Origin: Armatimonadota bacterium
GTDB lineage: Bacteria > Armatimonadota > Zipacnadia > Zipacnadales > UBA5352
Direction: 5' to 3'
Length of the DNA stretch: 24,771 nt
NCBI GenBank assembly: GCA_034722055.1
Contig: JAYENL010000239.1
Coordinates: 1 to 24,771, forward strand
The notes beneath the pieces are model-generated. The model had not been told where the DNA came from, did no database searches, and saw nothing but the letters and a program-made list of their open reading frames with translations. The position numbers were made by a program, and so were the translations under genes. Below, one piece after another: positions 16,616 through 24,344 of the stretch (the stretch's first letter is position 1; each line of letters starts with the position of its first letter).

Positions 16616-18094
16616 ATGTTCACCTACACCACTGTGCTCGTTGCCGCGCTGGCGGTCCTCGGGGCACTGATCGCCTACCTCGGGGACCTCCTGGGGGCGT
16701 GGCTGGGCAAGCGCAGGAGCACCATCTTCGGCCTCCGCCCCCGCCGCAGCGCCCGGCTGATGGCCGCCGTGGTCGGCGCGCTGCTGCCGCTGATCGGCCT
16801 CACCGTCGCCACCATGGGCTCCCGCTACGCCCGCGTGGCGGTCTTCGAGCTGCAGTCCCTCCTGCAGCGGCGCAAGGACCTGGAGGAGAGCGTAGCCGAT
16901 CTGCGCGACCGGGTGAAACGGGCCCAGAGGCGAGCCGGCGAGGCGGAGGAGCGGGAGGCCAGCGCAGAGGCGGACGCCAAGGAGGCCCAGAGCCTCCGCG
17001 AGGACGCGGAGGCGGAGCTGGCGCGCGTCCAGGAGGCCCGAGACGCGCTGAAGGCCCGCCGGGATGAGCTGGAGGCCCGCGTGGCCGACCTCCTCGCCAG
17101 ACGGGAGGCGTTGGTGGCCGAGCGCGACCAGGCTCAGTTGGAGCTCAGCGAGGCGAGGGACAACCTTGAGGATGTCCGCGCGACGCTTAACGCCACCAGG
17201 GAACAGGTCAAAGAGGCGGAGCAGCACGTTGCGAACCGGGCGCTCGAGCTCAAGAGGATCAGCGATAGGCTGCAGACGGTGCAGCGCCGGTTGGAGCCCA
17301 CCCAGCGAGAGCTGGAGGCTGCGACCGAGGACCTGGCCGCGCGCCAGCAGGAGCTGGAGGATGTCGAGGCGCACCTCCGGGAGGTCCTCCAGCGCCAGGA
17401 GCTGATGGCCGAGCAGCGGGCGGCCTTCGAGCCCGGCGCTGAGCTGATCCGCTTCGTCGCATCGGGCGACGAGACGCAGGATCAGCTCGAGAGCACGCTC
17501 TACGAGTACCTCCACATCGCCAGCGCGGTGGCCGAGAAGGAGGGGGTGCCGGAGGGTGAGAACGGCCGCTCCGTGATCGCCGTGGCCCCCATCCCGCCCT
17601 GGGCGCTGGCGCACGAGGTGCCCGAGACGATGATCGTCCGCCACGTCGCCGAGGAGCTGCGGGAGGGCGAGGCGGATGAGTATGTGGTGATGATCCGGGC
17701 CTTCCGCCGCTGGTTCGAGGGCGATGAGCAGCAGCTCGCGGTGCAGTTCAAAGCCGCCCCCAACCGCCTGGTCTTCACCAACGGCCAGGTGCTCGACGAG
17801 CTGCTCATCAGCTCGGAACTGAGCGCTCTGGAGGCCTTCGAGGCCCTGTGGCTGCGCATCACCGATGAGAGAGAGAGCCGCGTGCGGGCGCGGGCCATCG
17901 AGGAGGGAATGCTGCCTCACCCCACCACCGGCAACTACGGCTCCGTGGACCTCGCGGAGCTGTTCACGGCCGCCGAGGCCGTCAGTGAGGGCGTGGGCAT
18001 GATGCGCGTCCGGGTGATGGCCGCGCAGGACACCTTCACGCGCGGCCCCCTGCTGCTGGACATCAGCGTGGAGCCGGCCGGCGAGAGCCCCTGA
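16616..18094 (+). CDS. DUF3084-like membrane-anchored coiled-coil protein
   Basis: GALIAYLGDLLGAWLGKRRSTIFGLRPRRSA N-terminal motif, two TMs, long heptad region, globular C-terminus; lpt-linked context. Confidence 0.8.
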   Translation: MFTYTTVLVAALAVLGALIAYLGDLLGAWLGKRRSTIFGLRPRRSARLMAAVVGALLPLIGLTVATMGSRYARVAVFELQSLLQRRKDLEESVADLRDRVKRAQRRAGEAEEREASAEADAKEAQSLREDAEAELARVQEARDALKARRDELEARVADLLARREALVAERDQAQLELSEARDNLEDVRATLNATREQVKEAEQHVANRALELKRISDRLQTVQRRLEPTQRELEAATEDLAARQQELEDVEAHLREVLQRQELMAEQRAAFEPGAELIRFVASGDETQDQLESTLYEYLHIASAVAEKEGVPEGENGRSVIAVAPIPPWALAHEVPETMIVRHVAEELREGEADEYVVMIRAFRRWFEGDEQQLAVQFKAAPNRLVFTNGQVLDELLISSELSALEAFEALWLRITDERESRVRARAIEEGMLPHPTTGNYGSVDLAELFTAAEAVSEGVGMMRVRVMAAQDTFTRGPLLLDISVEPAGESP

Positions 18095-18122
18095 CGCGCC
18101 GGGGGAGGCCCCCCATGTCTGA

Positions 18123-18337
18123 GCTAGCCTTTACCCGCAAGTTCCGCGAGGGTTGTGTGCCTTGGGAGGGGCTGCCTGAGGGCGCTCCGCAGGAGCGCAC
18201 GAAGTCAGCCCGCAGGCTCCGGGCGCAACAACGGCCGGGCGGGCTTCGGCTCCAGCATACAGCTTGGAGCCTCAGACGGCCCCTCCGAACCACAAACGGC
18301 GCGACTCGCCGGTCGCCACGAAGTGGGTAAAGGTAAC
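18123..18337. mobile_element. MITE-like structured insertion with 8-9 bp target-site duplication at the yqgF start codon
   Basis: CATGTCTGA at 18114-18122 and 18337-18345; subterminal inverted repeats CCTTTACCCGC (18128-18138)/GTGGGTAAAGG (18323-18333); nested internal stems; no transposase. Confidence 0.65.
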
Positions 18338-18763
18338 ATGTCTGACAGCGACCCGCAGGTCGTCGTGGCTGTGGATCCCGGGCGCGCCAAGTGTGGAATC
18401 GCCGCGGTGGCCGCCGACGGAGGCGTCCTGGGGCGCCGCATCGTCCCCGCCGACCAGGTCGGACGCGCCGCATGGCAGCTCGCCACCACACACGGCGCAT
18501 CCACCATCGTGCTCGGGGGGCGCACCGGCGCCGGCGAGGCCTGGGAGCGGCTGACGCAGGCCACCTCCCTCCCCATCGCGGAGGTCGAGGAGCACATGAC
18601 CACCCTCCAGGCCCGGCGCCGCTACTGGCGTGAGAATCCGCCACGCGGCCTCTGGCGGCTCGTGCCCACCAGCCTGCGCGTCCCTCCTGAGCCCTACGAC
18701 GACTGGGCGGCCGTCATTCTGGCTGAGAGATACCTGGGGCTGGCGGACACCGAGGCGAGGTAG
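18338..18763 (+). CDS. yqgF: YqgF/RuvX-like RNase H-fold nuclease
   Basis: VAVDPGRAKCGIA, VEEHMTTLQARRRYW, PYDDWAAVILAERYL; this subfamily is typically found next to DUF3084. Confidence 0.82.
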   Translation: MSDSDPQVVVAVDPGRAKCGIAAVAADGGVLGRRIVPADQVGRAAWQLATTHGASTIVLGGRTGAGEAWERLTQATSLPIAEVEEHMTTLQARRRYWRENPPRGLWRLVPTSLRVPPEPYDDWAAVILAERYLGLADTEAR

Positions 18764-18841
18764 CGCCGCCAGCGCTGCCCCTGGCGGCCACAGTATGCGG
18801 CAACTGCCGCGCGCCATGCCGATCAGAATCGAGGGGATGAC

Positions 18842-19786
18842 ATGAACGATCCCAAGTCCCTGCTTCTGCCCGAAGAGGGTCCCATCGTCCCGGACTCCTG
18901 GCATGATGTCGCCAGCGCCATCGAGGGTGAACGTGGCACGATCATGGTTGTGGGTGGCACGGATACCGGCAAGACCGTCCTCGCCTGGTGGCTGGCCGAG
19001 CGGCTGGCGGAGCGCGACAGCGCGGCCGTCGTGGACGCTGACCTGGGCCAATCGATGCTCGGTCCGCCGGGAACGGTGGGGTGGCGGGAGATCGGGGGAG
19101 GCCGCGAGGAGTTCGTGTTCGTCGGCGTGGTCTCACCGGCGGGGCGGCCGCTGGGAGCGGCCATGGCCACCTGGAGGGCCGCCCAGCGCGCGGGAGAGGC
19201 GGCAGCGTGGGTCGTCCTGGACACCTCCGGCTACGTGGATGGCTCCGGCGCCATCGCTCTCAAGCGCGGCAAGATGGACCTCGTGTCCCCCACCGACGTC
19301 ATACTCATCGAGGATGAGCCCGGGCGGCTGGAGGCCATCGCCCGAGCGGTGCGGCCCGGCGAGACGCGCCTGCATCGCCTCCAGCCCACGCCGGCGGACG
19401 CCAAGAGCCCCTCCTTCCGCCAGCGCTGGCGCCAGGAGCGGTTCGGGGAGTACATGCAGGGCGCGGAGGTGCGGGAGATCTCCCTGCGCGAGCGCGCGGT
19501 CTACGGCGGCCGCCCGTGGGTCTGGGGCGGCTCCTGGGCGCAGATCGCCGAGCGCCTCCGGGGCCTGCTGATCGGGCTCAGCGACGCCCGGGGCATGGGG
19601 CTGGCCATCGGCCTGCTGCGCGAGGTGGAGGATGAGGGCGAGACGCTGCACGTGCTTACGCCGCTGGGCAAACGAGAATCCCCCGGGGAGGACACAGAAT
19701 CTCCGCGAGGGCTCGATGACGTGGCCGCGGTCGGGCTGGGCACGGTCCGACTGCGGGAGGATGGAACGCAGATTCGCGAGGAGTGA
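18842..19786 (+). CDS. clp1: Clp1/Nol9/Grc3-family polynucleotide 5'-hydroxyl kinase
   Basis: Walker A GGTDTGKT, DADLGQSMLGPPG, clasp-like DTSGY, RxxxR lid (RQRWRQER). Confidence 0.85.
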   Translation: MNDPKSLLLPEEGPIVPDSWHDVASAIEGERGTIMVVGGTDTGKTVLAWWLAERLAERDSAAVVDADLGQSMLGPPGTVGWREIGGGREEFVFVGVVSPAGRPLGAAMATWRAAQRAGEAAAWVVLDTSGYVDGSGAIALKRGKMDLVSPTDVILIEDEPGRLEAIARAVRPGETRLHRLQPTPADAKSPSFRQRWRQERFGEYMQGAEVREISLRERAVYGGRPWVWGGSWAQIAERLRGLLIGLSDARGMGLAIGLLREVEDEGETLHVLTPLGKRESPGEDTESPRGLDDVAAVGLGTVRLREDGTQIREE

Positions 19787-20148
19787 CACCGAGAGGGGGC
19801 CCCCGGGCGCGCCGGCGGTGCTCTTCGAGGACATCCCGCTGCCGGCGGAGCTGACGGCGGCGGTGGAGTTCTGATGTCGTGACGCAACGTAGAGCTCGCG
19901 GTGATGGAGGTGCGACCAGTCCCGGCTGTCGGGTATCATGAACGTGACGGGCAGTTCGACTGGATGATCCGGGCGCATCTGAGCGAGGCCCCATCTGAGG
20001 CAGCACCCTGAGGGGGACGATGGCAGTGCTGAGCGAGAAGATGCCGGAGCCGCGGGAGGGCGAGGACGGGGAGGACGGCGAAGGCTGAGACGCTCAAACA
20101 CTGGCGGGGCGCCGCCGTCGAACGACACTCACGAGGAGCACTGATATC

Positions 20149-21204
20149 ATGGCCAGCAAGACCGTCAACGAGCTCGAGGTCGGCGACCGCGTGGTCGGCA
20201 CCTACGCCGCTCGCAACAAGTCCCTGGCGAGCTTCCGCAGCAAGCCCGGCCAGTACCTGTCGCTGACGCTCGCGGACGCCACGGGGGAGATCCCCGCGCG
20301 CATGTGGGACAACGCCGAGGAGGCCGCGGCGCTGTTCGGCGCCGGGGACGCGGTGACCGTCCGCGGGGTGGTGGAGGAGTACCGGGGGCAGAAGCAGCTT
20401 GTCATCGAGCGGCTGAAGAGGGCCGAGGTGGAGGAGGTGGACCGGGCCGTCCTGGTGCCCTCCAGCTCGCGGGACATCGAGCATTTGCGCCAGCGACTGC
20501 TGGAGACCGCCGAGGGCGTGCGGGAGCCGCACCTGCGGGCACTGGTGGACAGCTTCTTCGGCGACGAGGAGTTCCTGGAGTGCTTCTGCCGCGCCCCGGG
20601 CGCCAAGAGCCTGCACCACTCCTACATCGGCGGGCTGCTGGAGCACACCGTGGGCGTGATCGAGGTGCTGGAGGCTGTGGTGCGGGTGCACCCGGAGCTG
20701 GACCGCGACGTCCTCATGGCCGGGGCCCTGCTGCATGACATCGGGAAGGTCGCCGAGCTTGAGTGCTCCACGTCAATCGAGTACACTGACCAGGGGCGGC
20801 TGGTGGGACACACCGTGCTCACCGACCGGATGGTGAACCGGGCCATCGACGAGATCGATGGCTTCCCGGAGGAGCTGGCCAACCGCCTCACGCACCTGCT
20901 GCTGTCGCATCATGGCCAGCGGGAGTACGGCGCCCCGGTACTGCCCATGACCGCGGAGGCCTGCGCCCTGCATTACGCTGACAACCTGGACGCGCACGTG
21001 CAGTACTTCAACCAGGTGGTCAGCGACGGCCGCAGCGCCGGCACGCAGTGGTCGGACTACCAGCGCCTCTTCGAGCGGTACATCTACGTGGGCTCGGACT
21101 CCGCGACCCCCGGCTCGCAGCTTCCGCCTCAGGCGCCGAAGGCGCCGCCGCCTCAGGAGCGGGCCGAGGACTCCCAGCCGCCCGGCAACCTCTTCGACGA
21201 GTGA
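20149..21204 (+). CDS. yhaM: OB-fold plus HD-domain 3'-5' exoribonuclease, YhaM family
   Basis: N-terminal OB fold (LTLADATGEIPARMW), HHSYIGGLLEHT, LLHDIGK, GRLVGH, SHHG, ADNLDA; GAGGAG SD. Confidence 0.92.
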   Translation: MASKTVNELEVGDRVVGTYAARNKSLASFRSKPGQYLSLTLADATGEIPARMWDNAEEAAALFGAGDAVTVRGVVEEYRGQKQLVIERLKRAEVEEVDRAVLVPSSSRDIEHLRQRLLETAEGVREPHLRALVDSFFGDEEFLECFCRAPGAKSLHHSYIGGLLEHTVGVIEVLEAVVRVHPELDRDVLMAGALLHDIGKVAELECSTSIEYTDQGRLVGHTVLTDRMVNRAIDEIDGFPEELANRLTHLLLSHHGQREYGAPVLPMTAEACALHYADNLDAHVQYFNQVVSDGRSAGTQWSDYQRLFERYIYVGSDSATPGSQLPPQAPKAPPPQERAEDSQPPGNLFDE

Positions 21205-21227
21205 GGGGGGAGAACCCGCGCCGAAGG

Positions 21228-21364
21228 GGAATCAAAGGGGTACCCGATGTCGTCTACCTTCCAACGTGGCTGCGCGGACTGCTGCCGGATGGCGGCAGGC
21301 CGGGCATCGAGAACCTGACGCGACGCTCAATCGCTTCTGAACAATACAAGTGGGGCAGCGTCTA
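21228..21364 (+). promoter_or_regulatory. Two candidate ECF-type autoregulatory promoters
   Basis: GGAATC-N17-CGTCTA (21228-21256) and TGAAC-N16-CGTCTA (21338-21364) upstream of an ECF sigma gene. Confidence 0.6.
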
Positions 21365-21367
21365 CGA

Positions 21368-21988
21368 ATGGCGAGAGGCAACGAACTCACACAAGAGGCC
21401 GTAGAGCAGCTCGTGGAGCGAGCCAAGACCGGCGACCGCCGGGCCTTCGGCCGACTTGTGGATGAGTACAAGGACAAGATATACAACTACGTCGCCCGGA
21501 TGCTCAATGATCCGTATGAGGCGGAGGATGTGACGCAGGAGGCCTTCCTGCGGGCCTTCCGGTCCCTTCCGCGCTTCCGGGGCGCATCCAGCTTCCATAC
21601 CTGGCTGTATCGCATCGCCAGCAACCTGGCGATTGACGTGGTCCGGCGCCGTAAGCGTCAGGAGCCGACCTTCTCGCTGGACGAGCCGCTGGAGGGTGAG
21701 GACGGGGAGTACGACCGGGAGATCCCCGATGAGACCGGCGGGCCGGAGGAGGCCAGCACCACGCGCGAGACGCGGGTGGCTGTGCGCCGGGCCATCATGG
21801 ACCTTCCCGAGAAGCTGCGGGATGTCATGATCCTCTACGAGCTTCAGGGAGAGACCTACGAGGATATCGCCGAGATCCTGGACGTGCCGCTGGGAACGGT
21901 GAAGAGCCGACTATTCAACGCCCGCAATCGCCTCAAGGACGAGCTGGAGGAGCTGGTGGCGGCGGGCGAGATCGAGGTCGAGCGGTAG
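21368..21988 (+). CDS. ECF RNA polymerase sigma factor (RpoE/SigW-like)
   Basis: GDRRAFGRLV, EAEDVTQEAF, FHTWLYRIASN, YEDIAEILDVPLGTVKSRLFNAR. Confidence 0.95.
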   Translation: MARGNELTQEAVEQLVERAKTGDRRAFGRLVDEYKDKIYNYVARMLNDPYEAEDVTQEAFLRAFRSLPRFRGASSFHTWLYRIASNLAIDVVRRRKRQEPTFSLDEPLEGEDGEYDREIPDETGGPEEASTTRETRVAVRRAIMDLPEKLRDVMILYELQGETYEDIAEILDVPLGTVKSRLFNARNRLKDELEELVAAGEIEVER

Positions 21989-22108
21989 CCGGAGCTGTGC
22001 GGCCGACGGCACGCGCTTCCCATAGCCAACAACACGGCGGGACGGTCCGCCGACAGTGACGCGACCCGTAACGGGCATGTCAGTGTGGGGAGCTGGAGGT
22101 CGAGGCAT

Positions 22109-22636
22109 ATGACGTGCAAGCAGGTGCGCGCGGCGCTGGTCGCGTGCTGGGGACGCACCGACGAGCTCGCGACCGAGGTGCTGGAGCACCTGGAGGTGTG
22201 TGAGGAGTGCCGGCGCGAGGCGCTGCTGTTCCGAGAGACCCGCGTGATGGTGCGGTCACTGCCTCCACTGAGAGCGCCGAGCGGACTCAGCGAGCGCGTG
22301 CTGGCTGAGATCGAGCAGGAGGCTGCAAGCCGGACCTGGCCCCAGCGCCTCACCCGGTGGCTGGTCCCCTCGGGGCAGCCGTCCTGGGCGCGGGCGGCTG
22401 CGGTGGCCGCGGCCCTGGTACTGGCGGTGGGCGGCGGCATGTGGTACGCCCAGAACGGCCAGCCACAGCAAACAGTCGCGGTGAGCAGTGACTCTCCCGC
22501 CCCCGGCACATCGGCGGCACATGTGGCGACCGCCGGAGAGATCGACCAGCTCATGCTCGAGCATCAGACGCTGGAGATGACGCAGCCGCTGGCGGACGAC
22601 GCAGGCGTCAGCCTCGTCGTCTACACCGCGCGGTAG
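22109..22636 (+). CDS. Membrane-anchored zinc-binding anti-sigma factor (zf-HC2/ZAS)
   Basis: HLEVCEEC (HxxxCxxC), single TM, short extracytoplasmic tail; follows the ECF sigma; GGAGG SD. Confidence 0.88.
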   Translation: MTCKQVRAALVACWGRTDELATEVLEHLEVCEECRREALLFRETRVMVRSLPPLRAPSGLSERVLAEIEQEAASRTWPQRLTRWLVPSGQPSWARAAAVAAALVLAVGGGMWYAQNGQPQQTVAVSSDSPAPGTSAAHVATAGEIDQLMLEHQTLEMTQPLADDAGVSLVVYTAR

Positions 22637-22645
22637 GCAATCGAA

Positions 22646-23644
22646 GTGAAGAAGCCATCCCCCGCAATGAGCAGAGCACGCAGGCTGGCGGCCGTGGCTG
22701 TGGCCGTGGCGGCCGGCTCCATGATTCTGGCACAGAGCGAGATCGACCCCCTGGACGTCCTGCGCAGATCCATCGCCGCCCGCAACTCCGTGGACTTCTC
22801 CGGCGTGCGCACCGTGGTCGTCTTCGAGGACGGCCGGAAGGTGCGCGGGGTGGAGCAGCGCATTGACTGCGATGCTCCCGACAAGCTCCGCGTCGTCGTG
22901 CTCGCGCCCGAGGAGGAGGCCGGCAGGCTGTGCATCACCAACGGCCACGAGCGCTGGGACTACGACCCCGGCATCGGCCGCGCCGTCCAGGCACACGTCC
23001 CGCATCCCAAGCGTGTGACGCAGCAGCGGCTGCGGGAGCTGGAACGGCTCGCGCACCGCATGAAGCTGCAGTACGTGGGCACGGAAAGCATCGCGGGGCG
23101 ACCGGTGCACGTGGTGAAGGTCTACACCCGTCAGGGCCTGCCGGCGAAGAAGACCTGGGTGGACACACAACGCTTCCTCCCCCTCAAGACCCAGCGCTTT
23201 GACTCTCACGGCCGCATGCGGTCCTCAGCCTACTACACCAGCATCGACTACAGCCCTACCTTCTCGCCCGGCCTCTTCGACTTCACCCCACCCGCCGACG
23301 CCACCGTGGTGCAGGTGCCGCGCCCGGGCGAGCGTATGCCGCTGCCCCGGGCTCAGCAGCGCGCCGGCTTCGAGGCCGCCCTGCCTGACTACCTCCCGCC
23401 CGGCTATCACTTCCAAAAAGACCGCGTGGCGGTGCTGAAGATCGGTGGCCGCAAGGCTCTGTGGCTGTCGTTCAGCAATGGGGCGGACACCTTCAGCCTC
23501 TTCCAGCGCCCCGGCAGCGGACCGGCGGACCCCCTCCACCGGGGCCGATCCGTCACCTGGGAGGACGGCGGCTTCCGCTTCACCCTCATGGGACCGCTCT
23601 CCGACGAGGAGATGCGCCAGGTGCGGGCCACCATGAAGCCCTGA
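22646..23644 (+). CDS. MucB/RseB-like (LolA-fold) periplasmic sigma-E regulatory protein
   Basis: Signal peptide; GTESIAGRPVHVV, WVDTQRFLPLK, FDFTPP, LPDYLPPGY, FSNGADTFSLFQ. Start may be ATG 22667. Confidence 0.8.
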   Translation: MKKPSPAMSRARRLAAVAVAVAAGSMILAQSEIDPLDVLRRSIAARNSVDFSGVRTVVVFEDGRKVRGVEQRIDCDAPDKLRVVVLAPEEEAGRLCITNGHERWDYDPGIGRAVQAHVPHPKRVTQQRLRELERLAHRMKLQYVGTESIAGRPVHVVKVYTRQGLPAKKTWVDTQRFLPLKTQRFDSHGRMRSSAYYTSIDYSPTFSPGLFDFTPPADATVVQVPRPGERMPLPRAQQRAGFEAALPDYLPPGYHFQKDRVAVLKIGGRKALWLSFSNGADTFSLFQRPGSGPADPLHRGRSVTWEDGGFRFTLMGPLSDEEMRQVRATMKP

Positions 23645-23695
23645 GCTCCCCGGGGGCGGCATCGGGAAAGAATCGGGAAAACCTTCCGCGAACGC

Positions 23696-23722
23696 TAAAG
23701 TTCTCCAGCCACCTGCCGATAG
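23696..23722 (+). promoter_or_regulatory. Sigma-28 (FliA/SigD) promoter of flgM
   Basis: TAAA-N15-GCCGATAG, a near-perfect match to TAAA-N15-GCCGATAA. Confidence 0.85.
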
Positions 23723-23779
23723 TCCCATGCGAGGGATGCGGCTAAGCGACTCGGACGCGCATGTGTGGGAGGAGCGGCA

Positions 23780-24085
23780 ATGAAGATCGATCCCAGCAGA
23801 CTTCACAGCATCGGTCGCGGCACCGTGGGACGAGTGGAGGGCAGTGACAGCGTCGAAGGCGCGCGTCCTGTGCAGGAGGCGGGCGCGAGCCCGGCCACCC
23901 GCGGGGTGGACCAGCTCGCCCTCAGCCAGCGTGCGGAGGAGATCAGGGCGGCCAGAGCCGCCCTTGCTGAGGCGCCGGCGGTTCGCGCCGACCGCGTGGC
24001 GCAACTGAAGGCCCAGGTGCAGGCAGGCACCTACAAGGTGGATCCGAATAGGGTGGCCGAGCGGATACTCAACCCGCGTATCTGA
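23780..24085 (+). CDS. flgM: Flagellar anti-sigma-28 factor FlgM
   Basis: DQLALSQRA, VRADRVAQLKAQVQAGTYKVDPNRVAERIL; GGAGG SD; sigma-28 promoter. Confidence 0.93.
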   Translation: MKIDPSRLHSIGRGTVGRVEGSDSVEGARPVQEAGASPATRGVDQLALSQRAEEIRAARAALAEAPAVRADRVAQLKAQVQAGTYKVDPNRVAERILNPRI

Positions 24086-24104
24086 GCGCACCTCGGTTCA
24101 CCTG

Positions 24105-24136
24105 GCCGGTCGCGCGCTGACCCCCGCGCGGCCGGC
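24105..24136 (+). terminator. GC-rich hairpin after flgM
   Basis: GCCGGTCGCGCG/CGCGCGGCCGGC 12-bp stem with one G-U pair; no U-tract. Confidence 0.45.
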
Positions 24137-24210
24137 ACATGCGTTAACGGCAGCGACAAGCTACAAGCGACAAGCTCCAGGCTGACGGCAACGGCTTCAC
24201 GGCAACGACA

Positions 24211-24304
24211 AGCTATCAGCGGTCAGCTATCAGCGGTCAGCTATCAGCGGTCAGCTATCAGCGGTCAGCTATCAGCGGTCAGCTATCAGCGGTCAGCTAT
24301 CAGC
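24211..24304 (+). repeat. Perfect 14-bp tandem repeat AGCTATCAGCGGTC x6.7
   Basis: Six exact units plus a 10-nt partial unit. Confidence 0.95.
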
Positions 24305-24344
24305 CTGAAGGCAACGGCTTAGCGGCAGGGACGGCCAGCCCTTC

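Noticed and set aside
18176..18275. tRNA (cloverleaf-like four-way junction)
   Set aside because: No T-loop TTCRA, no D-loop pattern, no 7-nt anticodon loop and no CCA end; arm sizes do not fit.
18155..18337. N-terminal extension of the YqgF-like protein in the ORF track
   Set aside because: The domain starts at MSDSDPQVVVAVDPG; the extension is the structured insertion read in frame.
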